64,000 nucleotides of DNA from Mytilus californianus (Eukaryota): NCBI RefSeq assembly GCF_021869535.1, contig NW_026262734.1, forward strand, positions 93,868,001 through 93,932,000. Reading direction: 5' to 3'. The notes under the pieces were generated by a model, which saw nothing but the letters and a program-made list of their open reading frames with translations, searched no databases and was not told the DNA's origin. This document shows, in pieces, positions 52,969 to 63,578 of this stretch; positions within the stretch are counted from its first letter, which is position 1; every line of letters starts with the position of its first letter. The position numbers and the translations under genes were made by a program.

Positions 52969-53786
52969 GTCTGGAGAATGAGTGTCAACAAACGCGCTTA
53001 CGTGTTACATTGCACTCGCACTCGTAAGTTCAAATAGGTACTAGTAATTTATAAGTAAAGGTCTGGTAAAAAAAGGGGGGTCCGGAATGAAATGCATGTA
53101 AAAACAAATAACGAACAATATGTGACGTATACGTAAGTGTTTTAAATAATTGAATAACCACACGAACATTTTCTAATGTACATGTACATTGTATTTCATT
53201 TAAACCATCTTACTTGAAAAATTCTCAAAAATTCCTGTTTGGTTCTTATCAAAATGAGATGCTAATGATTTAAAAATAAATTTGAAATATTGAAGTTCAG
53301 GTCCAAACAGGTATAATGAATTGTCTTTTTCTAAATTAGGGCCACCTCGCTATCTGAAAAATATATTTTTCTTAAATTTCTAGTTTAATTAGCGTAATTT
53401 AAAACTAGTTTGACATAACATATACTGTAGGGCGCAGAATAGCCAGGTTTATGAACAAAAGATGACATTGTTCCCTTTACGAATAAAAACGTTACGAATG
53501 ATGTGAAAATTGGAATATTGTCGATTAGAATTATTTGTTTGATTTTTTCAATCGACTAAAAAATAAGTCGATTAGGCGTTCACACGATCCGATTCCAGTT
53601 AAAAAGTCGAATGGAAATAGCGTACGTTTCGATTTCAAAACGACGTTTCGACTTGACATTCGACTTCAGATTTTAGTGTTCACACGGTACGATTTTAGTC
53701 GAAAGCAGGTGCATAGGTAAAAATCGAATGAAAATCGAATGGAAAATCGTATCGTGTGAATGCACCTTAAGAGTTATTGCACTTAA

Positions 53787-55996
53787 GGGCATACGATACA
53801 GTAGCAGGGGCAGATAATAACGTTTTCAAAACTTTTCGTGTTGTTTTCGCGACGTTGTTAATCAGAACGTTGTAATTTCGCGATGTTTCTAATAAGAACG
53901 ATTACATTTCGCGACGTCGCTTTAGATGTAGTCACATTTGCGGAAAATTCACTGACGTCATAATCCCGATTGCGCGAATTTGAAAAAAGTACCTGCAATG
54001 AAAATCGGCCAAATCACGAGAATTGTTATATCTATTCATTAATAAGGAAGTCAACAATATTAACTTGGAATGGGAAAAAAATCAAATCCACATTCTTAAC
54101 TTTGTATGTCTGTTATTTCATATAGGAAATGAATAAGAGATATGAAAAACATAAGACGTCGATGAGAGAGAAACCCAACTACACAAAAAGAAAACCAAAA
54201 CAATAAGTAATTTATATAGTAACTTCACCATTTGGCTCACAAAATACGTAATAAATAATGAGAGCGCATCTTACTGTTCCTGACTTTGAAAATAAAGAGT
54301 TTAACTACATTTTTAGAATTTGACCCGTGGAATATATATGTGTATGAAGAAGAACTGTCAGTTAAAATGACACAGTTATAAGCCCCGTATTATAGCCCAA
54401 AAACAAAAACGCACCCGTTGATGTGCCAAGCATATCCTCTATGCACATATTGAGAGAGAAAAATCGGCACACAGGAATTAGGTATTTGACAGACCAGAGT
54501 TGCAACTCATTGATGTTAAGTTACTGAACAATACGAAGTCTTTTTGTAAAGAAGTTTCTCAGATAAGAAACAAAATATTTGTTGGACCGGACAAACAATG
54601 TGGTTGCACTCACTCCTAGATTAAAGGTATAATACAGACAAGTAATTCAATGATTATATGTGCCGTAATAAAAAAAATACCCTGAAGACAAGCTTAGGTA
54701 ACTTATCTATTGATACAGAATCATTAAATTTCATGCTCTTATATCGACTGCTGTATGAAATGTTATACTACACTGTAATGGACTAAGCTGACCCGATTTA
54801 ATGTAGGTATGATTTTGTGTTCATGTAATGCCTATAGAGTAGGTCGTTAGTTTTCTTGTTTGAATTATTTCACATTTTCATGTCGCGGCTTTTTAAAGCT
54901 GACTATACGATGTGGCTTTTTTTTTCTTTTTTTTTTGTGTTGAAGGCCGTAGGGTTACCTTTAATAGCGTTTATCTTCGTCATTTGAACTATGGTTGATA
55001 GTTGTCTCTTTTGCAATCATACCAAATGTCCTTATTTTTATATCATCCCCCTTACTTTATAATTGTTGCACATTTTGTCATGTCGGGGCCTTTTGAATAA
55101 TTAAAACTATGTTCAAGCTGTGTTGTCTGCATGAATTGTATGACTAATGTCGGACATGCAGAGATGCAAATTATTTTTTTTATTATATATATATCTGTTT
55201 TGTTTCCGAACAGTTCTTTTCTAAAAGTAATTTACTAGAATACTTTTTCAATCCAAGTTTCGTAACAATTCATAAAGGTTTGGCAAATATGATGCTATTT
55301 ACGAGGAGCCAGCTTTATTAATTTTCATAATTAATATCATTGGTTTAAAAAAAACACCTTGGCTCTACCACTGAAATTGACAACGTAGTAGTGAACGGCG
55401 GGAAAGATTTCACGACGTTGTTGCGAATAAAACTTATTCCAACGTAGTTTGGCGCCTTATTGGCAAACGTCCCGTTTACCAATAAAAATTAAGGTTTATT
55501 GCTTTTATTGAAAAAACAAACACATGGACCCCCCGTTTTTTCTTTTGCAATCAATCAAGTTCTGTTTCAAGAACGCTCCGCCAAAATTTTAAGATAAAAT
55601 CAACGATAGAATTTTTTCTGCACTTCTGTGTAGACGCAAAAATATTTTCATCTTCTTTATTTCACTTGTATTAAAAGAATTTAGGATATAATTATTTATT
55701 TCAACCGTTAACTTGCTACAGCATGCTGATGCCATGGATCAAGGGAACATTTTACAAAAAACCCGGTTAAATTATGACTTTTTGTTCAAAAGTATTGGTA
55801 CTTTCCTTAAAAGTCCTGATTTTTGAAATTTCAGGGTTTTTCCTTCAAATATGCAAATTTCGAACCAAATTATCTCAAAAAGTAAGTCATGAAGGTATAT
55901 TTTTCTTTGCATATTTCAAAAGTACACATCGAAATTGACCATCTACCAAAATTTCAAGAAAAAATCAACGAGGGATCTCTACTGTATCGTATGCCC
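53787..55996. mobile_element. Non-autonomous Kolobok-type element (2210 bp)
   Basis: Perfect 18-bp TIRs GGGCATACGATACAGTAG/CTACTGTATCGTATGCCC and TTAA TSDs (53783-86, 55997-56000). The 5' terminus is purine-purine (GG), not the CC of piggyBac. Confidence 0.8.
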
Positions 55997-57669
55997 TTAA
56001 GGATGTTTGCTACTCTTGGTTTTTTACTTTTTGTCAGATATTCGGAAACTTCTAATTTTATCCATATAAAGCCAATACAAATTTTGCCCGCTAACCCCTA
56101 CTTTTCTTTTCATGATTTTATTACATATAGTTTTAAAATCAATTTTTGAAAAAATTTTAGAATCATTATTATTTTTCATAACTTATGAAAAAAGGGTGCT
56201 AATGTTAAATGTATGAAAAATCTAGAGAGAATCATCTCCCGCCAAATTTTCAATTGATAATATCTTTCGAAACAGAGGAGAATACGCTAAAAATGAAGGA
56301 AACTGTTGTTTTTATGGTGTTTTCGCCCAAGTTTTCTCTGCATGCAGAAACATTGTGAACAACTAAAAAATAATTTTAGAGAAGACTTCGTATAGCTTAC
56401 TTTAACAAAATTTTGATAGGCGCATATTCTTCAATCCAAATATAATTGAAAATTGATTAAATAAAAGGAAAATAAAAGTGGCTTTTTTAACTAAATATAC
56501 ATTTCTTTATGGTTTTCTGTAACAGTTATTGTAACTCGTTAAATGTGAAATTTGATCTTTTTCTGAACACTTTTTACTTTAAAAGATTACTTGAAAGTTG
56601 TCTAATAAATTCAACAAATTCTACTATATTCTTTATTTGCTATAGAACTCGTTGTCTGTTGATGCCATTTTCTTGTCAATCAGTCTACAACCAAATGTAT
56701 TATGATACAATGAGGTGCATAAGGAATTTATAGCATCAAAATGTTCAAGTCACCATTTAAGCACTGAATCGATATCTGCTAGTCAAGTACCTTTACAATC
56801 ACCCTTGACAAACTTAGAAATTAAAAAATATTCTAAGGGTTTAAACTCATTCGAGCAAAGTTGACTATAGATGGGTTTGGCTATATAAATAATTCTTTGT
56901 ATGTCCCTTTGGGTCATAAGCGTTAATCAAGAAAAGCGTTTTGGACGCACAAATTTATAACGCGTCATTTGTATTTTCACAAGGATCTAATGGTACTTAA
57001 TTTACGACAATAATGAAATGTATGACAGTTAAAAAAATTTCTTTCCAGTGCGGCGGGAACATAGACGAGCTGATGTATTAAAAGATAAGAAGACGATGTA
57101 CATCCTGGTCCATTCGGATGGAAATTATATGTAAATACATATTTAGTATATAAAATTTCCTAGCAATAATAATTTCAGCTAAACTTAGCGTTTGATATAC
57201 CTCACTTCAATGCAAGAGAATAGGGCTATTAATGTTAATCGGATAGCAATACACAAACAACCAAAAGCCATTAAAAAGTCAACATGTGGTATTTAAAAAT
57301 AAAAATGTGTCTCATGATACAAACGTCGACTTAATACATCGATCTACAGTAGTTGTAAAGCAGCGTTATTGCTAGTCAAAATCGTCGCGGCACATAATTT
57401 CAAAGAGGGTCTGGATGGTGGTGATGAAATTAGGGGGTCTTCATTTCTTTATTTTTTAAATTTTGTGCACATTATTCTCTATTCTGTTAACTCCTTCCAG
57501 ACCCTCATTAGACTATCGTTGATTGAAGTCTTGTTTCAAAGTAAGATACGACGAAAATGAATAAAAAAAAAAGTTTAATATGCATTTTTTCATTCATTAG
57601 AACAATGGTCGGTAAATAAATGATTAATCATGCCTAGGCCTTCATTTTTATTTTTTAAAACCTTTGCAG

Positions 57670-57732
57670 CAAAGCATGGCACACTTTCAGACACAGACTC
57701 AGGAGAGAATATGTCAACTGACACGGCCAAAC
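57670..57732 (+). CDS. Candidate small upstream exon of the HSPA12-like gene
   Basis: tttgcag|...aaac|gtaagt. Phase 1 is compatible with the exon at 58771. No homology support. Confidence 0.3.
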
Positions 57733-58187
57733 GTAAGTAAAAATTCTTGGAATCCATGAGTGGTTGGACAGTGAGATTCTAATATATGTATTAGACTTTA
57801 ACGTAGGACGGGTATTTCCCGTTAGAGTGAGGTTTCTTGTGTGGTTACTGAGTGGGGAGCTTCCAATGAAAAATTGAAACAAATTGAGCAATGATGCGCC
57901 ATATAATAGCAAATAACAAATAGAAGGAATGTCGACCATATTATACTATACAGACTGTACACCAAATTCATATATGCAACTTACTAATAAAACCAAAAAT
58001 AACAAAAATAAAATAAAAATGATAGGATACAGAGTCACGTACTCGTCTAAACTCGGCCGATTCCGTTCCTCCATCTGACACCCGAGGATTGCCGATTGGA
58101 TCCAGAGTATTCCAGTTAACAATTAACTTTCTGAATCCAATAAGTTATACTTTACTTGTCAGATATACGCATAATGCATTTGTAATT

Positions 58188-58464
58188 GGGGGGTCTCTGT
58201 GGTCGAGTGGCCTAAATAGTTCAAGAGAGAGAGAAAAAAACGTAGTTTAACTACTGTATCACTAGCCTGTCAACACTGAGGTTGTGAGTTCAAACCCTTC
58301 AAATAACAGACGCGATCGACTCCAATCTTAATTCACTTAGATTGTCAGTTTTCCTGATGAAGGTTCTTTCCGGGCACTCCGGCTTCCTCAACCAATAAAA
58401 ACTGACCATCACGATAAAGCAATTAGTGCTGAAAATGGCGTTAAAAAACCAACATCATTCAATT
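58188..58464 (+). mobile_element. tRNA-derived SINE (V-domain-like core)
   Basis: A box TGGTCGAGTGG, B-box-like GAGTTCAAACC, core ttccgggcactccggcttcctc.accaataaaaactgacc and tail ggcgttaaa. Confidence 0.7.
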
Positions 58465-58770
58465 AAACATTCGTAATGACTAATAGGTCATGATAGTAGA
58501 TTTTTTTTTCGGATTTGTTTTTTTTTTTTTTGTAAAAGGGAGATAACTCAATTAAACTATGTTCTTTATATACTTGTCCTTTGGTCTCTGGCGGACAATT
58601 GTATCATTTTACAATCATACCAATTCACCTTATTATTATTTGTTTTATATATTCAATATTCATTACCAATCAATATGTATAAATTATGAATATGTCTGGG
58701 GTCGTCTTAGATAGGTGCATGCATTGACATAATGAAAACTATGAGGTGTTGATCTATGTTTTTTGTGTAG

Positions 58771-58985
58771 ATATAACTTCATGTAGAGCTGATTATACAG
58801 TCGTTGCAGCATTGGATTTAGGAACAACATATTCTGGATTTGCATTCTCGACAAGACAGAATCCTTTAGACATACAGCATTCTGAAAAATTCCCAACGTG
58901 TTTATTACTTAATCCCGAAAAAGAGTTCGTAGGGTTTGGAAACGACTTTTTACATAAATTCAAAATGAATCTTTATGAGAATGAG
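58771..58985 (+). CDS. HSPA12: HSP70-family HSPA12-like N-terminal NBD exon (possibly a pseudo-exon)
   Basis: VVAALDLGTTYSGFAFS...KFPTCLLL..KEFVGFG..FLHKFKMNL, ending at donor gag|gtaaat. Confidence 0.7.
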
Positions 58986-59067
58986 GTAAATGCTAAGATA
59001 AAAAAAAGCAAACATTCTGTGTCGTTATTGTCTATCTTGTATATAGGTCCATCTCTTAGATCTCCAT

Positions 59068-59997
59068 GGTAAAGACACTTGCATGTCTATTGTTTAAGAT
59101 AGTAGGTTTACCTTTAGAAGTCTTTGGTAAAGACACTTGTCTATTGTAAAAGATCGGAAATCGACCCTTTTCCATGATAAAGACACTTGCATGTTTAAGG
59201 TTTTAGACAGTGGGTTATCCTCAAAAGGATAAGGATTAAGACACTTGTCTGTTGTAAAAGACCGCAAGTCGACCTCTTCTCCAAGGTCAAGACAATTGCA
59301 TATCTATTGTTTAAGAAAATAGGTTTATCTCTAGATGTCCTTGGTTAAGACACTTTTGTTTGTAAAAAACCACAAGTCTAACTCTTCTCAAAAGTTAAGA
59401 CATCTGCATGTCCATTGTTTAAGATAGTATGTTTACATCTAGATGTCTTTGGTAAAGACACTTTTCTGTTGTAAAAGAGCGCAAGTCGACCTCTTCTCCA
59501 CGGTAAAGACACTTGCATGTCTATTGTTTACGATAGTAGGTTTACATCTTAGACTAGATGTCTTTTGTAAAGATACTTGTCTATTGTAAAAGACAGCAAG
59601 TCTACCTCTTCTCCACGGTAAAGACACTTGCATGTCTATTGTTTAAGATAGTAGGTTTACCTCTGGATCTCTTTGGAAAAGACACTTGTCTATTGTAAAA
59701 GACTGCAAGTTGACCTCTTCTCCACGGTAAAGACACTTACATGTCTATTGTTAAAGATAGTAGGTTTACCTCTGAATGTCTTTGGGAAAGACACTTGTCT
59801 TTTCTAAAAAAACACAAGTCTACCTCTTCTCCAAAGTTAAGACACCTGCATGTCTATTGTTTAAGATAGTAGGTTAACATCTAGATGTCTTTGGTAAAGA
59901 CACTTCTTTGTTGTAAAAGAGAGCAAGTCGACATATTCTCCATGATAAAGACACTTATAATATCTATTGTTTGAGATAGTAGGTTTACCACTTAGAC
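59068..59997. repeat. 109-bp tandem array, left part (~8.5 units, two sub-repeats each)
   Basis: GGTAAAGACACTTGCATG-type anchor at 59068, 59176, 59285, 59393, 59502, 59617, 59726, 59835 and 59944. Confidence 0.92.
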
Positions 59998-60236
59998 TAT
60001 AAAATTGAGAATGTAAATGGGGAATGTGTCAAAGAGACAACAACCCGACCATAGAACAGACAACAGCAGAAGGTCACCAACAGGTCTTCAATGCAGCGAG
60101 AAATTCCCGCACCCGGAGGCGTCCTTCAGCTGGCCCCTAAACAAATATATATACTAGTTCAGTGATAATGAACGCCATACTAAACTCCAAATTGTACACA
60201 AGAAACTAAAATTAAAAATAATACAAGACTGACAAC

Positions 60237-60326
60237 GGCTACAGGCTCCTGACTTGGGACAGGCGCAAAAATGCGGCGGGGTTAAACATGTTTATGAGAT
60301 CTCAACCCTCCCCTATACCTCTAGCC
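60237..60326 (-). ncRNA. P5-type twister ribozyme in the Naiad 3' UTR
   Basis: Minus strand: GGCTAGAGGT-ATA-GGG-GA-GGG...T|AA-CCCC-GC-CGCA TTTT TGCG-CCTG TCCCAAGT CAGG-A-GCCTGTAGCC. Predicted cut between 60284 and 60283. Confidence 0.82.
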
Positions 60327-60509
60327 AATGTAGAAAAGTAAACGCATAACAATACGCACATTAAAATTCAGTTCAAGAGAAGTCCGAGTCTGATGTCAGA
60401 AGATGTAAACAAAGAAAATAATCAAAATGACAATAATATATAAATAACAACAGACTACTAGCAGTTAACTGACATGCCAGCTCCAGACTTCAATTAAACT
60501 GATTGAAAG

Positions 60510-60600
60510 ATTATGTCTTCATCATATGAATATCAGGCACAATCCTTCCCGTTAGGGGTTTAGTATCATACCATCATAACATATATGAGAAGAACATAAC
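60510..60600 (-). promoter_or_regulatory. Canonical type II SECIS element (core 60577-60532)
   Basis: ATGA-T, helix II GGTATGATACT/AGGATTGTGCC (10 of 11 pairs), AAA, mini-stem CCC/GGG, TGAT quartet and extended helix I. Begins 62 nt after the ORF stop. Confidence 0.85.
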
Positions 60601-60638
60601 CCGTGTCATGCCAACAACTGGTTTTTAAATAAATGTGT

Positions 60639-62309
60639 TTAGTGCCGATGCAAAGACCCTATAAGTGAATCAATATTAACGCCAAAATATGCAATCTTTA
60701 ATGACCTGACAACAGTATCGTAACTATATCCCTTCTTAATAAGTCTATTTAAAGGTTTTGTTAGCTTCAGAGGTGAATACTGACATTTTTGTGCTTTATA
60801 AAGAATATTTCCATAAAAAATTGGATGTGAAATACCTGAACGTATAAGAAGTCTGCATGTTGAGCTATACTTACGAATGATGTCCTTATACCGATGATAA
60901 AATTTAGTAAATGTTTTGACTAGTTTGTGATATCGAAAACCCTGGTGTAATAATTTTTCAGTAATACATAAATTTCTCTCGTTAAAATCTAAAACATTGT
61001 TACATACACGAGCGAATCGTACAAGTTGAGATATATAAACACCGTAAGATGGTGACAAGGGAACGTCACCATCTAAAAATGGATAATTAACGATAGGAAA
61101 TGAAAAATCATCTCTTTTATCATATATTTTAGTATTAAGCTTTCCGTTAATGATATAGATATCAAGATCGAGGAAAGGGCAGTGGTCATTGTTAGTATTA
61201 GCTTTATTTAAAGTAAGTTCAACAGGATAAATTTCTTTAGTATACATACTGAAGTCGTCATTATTGAGAGCCAAAATATCATCCAAATATCTAAAAGTAT
61301 TATTAAATTTGTGTATCAGATGTTGTTTCGATGGGTCTTTGCTGATTTTTGTCATAAATTGTAACTCATAGCCATACAAAAAAAGGTCCGCAATAAGTGG
61401 TGCACAGTTAGTCCCCATTGGAATTCCGATAACCTGACGATATACGGAATCTCCAAAGCGAACAAAAATGTTATCTTGTAAAAATTCAAGGGCATATATA
61501 GTATCAAAGCATGTCCAATTGACATAGTTTTTTTGTTTATTGCTACTAAAAAATGACCTTAAAGAGTTTGAACATATATATTCACATTCTGACTTTTTAA
61601 ATGCCCATTTAATTAGGTGTGTGAATTTTTTCTTAATGAGAATGTGAGGCAATGTGGTATATAGGGTAGAAAAATCAAAACTTTGAACAGATTCAAAATC
61701 ACCAATATATGCATGCAATTTATCAAGTACTTCCAACGAGTTCTTGACACTCCAAAAGTAATTAATTCCACTATTTTCGAAGGCCTTATTTGAACAATTT
61801 ATTATCAGGTTTTTGATTGTACCAAGTGTACTGGTAAAAAGAATAGACAATTTAGTAGTGGAACAATGGCTTGAAGACGAAATGAATCTATATTTGTAAG
61901 GTGTTTTGTGTAGCTTCGGAAGCCAATACATAGTTGGGACTTTCATTGTATTTGGTTCTGCTTGTAAAGCGGTAGCTAAAAGTTTATGTTTGTTACAGAT
62001 GTCGTTTTCTGAAAATGGAGTCAGTTGGAATGTTGGTGAATTGGTGATTTCTTTTTTCAGAACCTTAATGTAAAATTTACGTCAAACAATAATAATATTA
62101 TTAGCAGCTTTATCGGCCGGGACAAAAACAAATTCCTTGGCTAGTTCTTTTAGTTTATGTTTGATACGAGAAATAGGTTTATTGTGGTTATTGTTAAGAG
62201 TAAAATGTTCTTTAAAATGTTGAATACGTATATCAACTATGTTCATTACTGATTTAAAAAAAGAGTCCAAAGATTTTTTGTCAGCTTTTTCCCGTTTTAT
62301 CCATTTCAA
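60639..62309 (-). CDS. Naiad RT reading frame with one in-frame TGA (62084-62082, candidate selenocysteine); upstream part disrupted
   Basis: ORF 62309-62082, a stop-free 45-codon bridge and ORF 61946-60639 share one frame. Upstream there is a frameshift near 62340 and a TGA at 62378-80. Confidence 0.75.
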
Positions 62310-62975
62310 ACAGTAAGTATGGAGTGAGTCGTGGATGACTCATTCCAATTAATAATTGACGGGGGACGATATTTAGGTCATTTACTGAGGAATGATTTTA
62401 ACTCTCGGTCTTGAACGATGTTAAGATCTCCTGTTATAACATGGGAAATGGGTCCATAAATGTATTCGGAATTAATGCAATTACATGAAGTAGGTGTATT
62501 TTCACTGATATTAACATCTTTACACAATTGGCTATAATTAAACACAAATTTCCGGGTAGATTTCTTGTAAATATAACAAATAAGAGGGAGCTCAGTATTA
62601 TCAAAATATCCCGAAATTTGTTCTTTAACAGAATGGTCGTTAAAAATACCGGCAATATTTACAAAATCAAAACCTTTATTGACATACTTTATTTTAATTA
62701 ACTGTTTTTTATGATCTTCAGGGCGATCAATTTTGGGAAACAGTTTAGAATAACAATATGCCATCATAATTTGAACGATTTCATACTTAGGACTGCTATA
62801 TGAAATTGTGTTGCAATCCTCTAAAATTTTATTTAACTTATTAACCGGTAATGAACAGAGCTTTGTTAACAGATAATGTCTGCCGTTGTTTTTTGAAATA
62901 GAAATTAGGTCCGAAATATTGGTATGATTGGTCCGAAATTTTCTTTGATTGCGATTTTTTCTACGACCATGAAAT

Positions 62976-63425
62976 ATGTTTTTGGTAAAGACACTTGTCT
63001 ATTGTAAAAGACTGTAAGTTGACCTCTTGTCCACGGTAAAGACACTTGCAAGTCTATTGTTTAAGATAGTAGATTTACCTCTGAGACTAGATGCCTTTGG
63101 TAAAGACACTTGTTTAATGTAAAAGACCGCAAGTCGGTCTCTTTTCCTTGGTAGAGACACTTGCATGTCTATTGTTTCAGATAGTAGGTTTACCTCTGGA
63201 TGTCTTTGGAAAAGACACTTGTCTGTTGTAAAAAACGCAAGTCTACCTCTTCTCCAATGTTGAGACACTTGCATGTCTATCGGTCAAGAAAGTAGGTTTA
63301 CCTCTAGATGTCTTTGTCTATTGTAAAAGACTGCAAGTCGACCTCTTCTCCACGGTAGAGATACTTCCATGTCTATTGTTTAAGACAGTGGGTTTTTCCT
63401 CCAGATGACTATGGTTAAGACACTT
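62976..63425. repeat. 109-bp tandem array, right part (~4 units)
   Basis: Same unit as 59068-59997. Confidence 0.9.
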
Positions 63426-63578
63426 GTAGGGAAGTTGGAAGTGTCTCTCTCTCTTGTACGTTAAAGAACCATTGCAACTACTCTTAAAGGAGTCCGTAGG
63501 TGGCCTGTTGCCAGGCGAAATTTCTGCTCTTTTTTTGGGATACCTTAGCTCCTAATTGTAGTAGAAATCTCAGTTGAC

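Larger units (their letters stand above)
45148..53767. mobile_element. Apparently complete autonomous PIF/Harbinger transposon (8620 bp)
   Basis: TIRs AGGTGC(G/A)TT(T/C)ACACGATACGATTTTCC(G/A)TTCGATTTTC. TSD TAA at 45145-47 and 53768-70. Convergent transposase and MADF genes. Confidence 0.95.
59998..62975 (-). mobile_element. Naiad-type (N-terminal endonuclease clade) Penelope-like retroelement, family 1, 5'-truncated
   Basis: HGRRK basic region, CxC linker (SCNCINS..Y.P..HVITGDL), DKAANN, MYWLPKLHK, FDFSTLYT, GIPMGTNCAP, RYLDD and YGVYISQL. The ORF stops after the thumb with no C-terminal GIY-YIG. ~640-nt 3' UTR. Confidence 0.92.

Noticed and set aside
56001-56510. Another TTAA-flanked element starting right after the Kolobok-type element
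   Set aside because: It looks repeat-like, but I found no matching right TIR.
60080-60140. GC-rich UTR segment as an HDV-like ribozyme
   Set aside because: I could not build the nested double pseudoknot or locate the catalytic C context.
60478-60525. ATGAAGAC...GTCTGGAG hairpin as an additional SECIS
   Set aside because: Only 4 bp follow ATGA and the 3' GA is out of register. The sequence is better used as helix I of the real SECIS.
62378-62380. Second in-frame TGA in the Naiad ORF as selenocysteine
   Set aside because: It falls in SK*PKYR, where the Gly of the KGPKY motif is expected. A GGA-to-TGA change next to a frameshift is better explained as decay.
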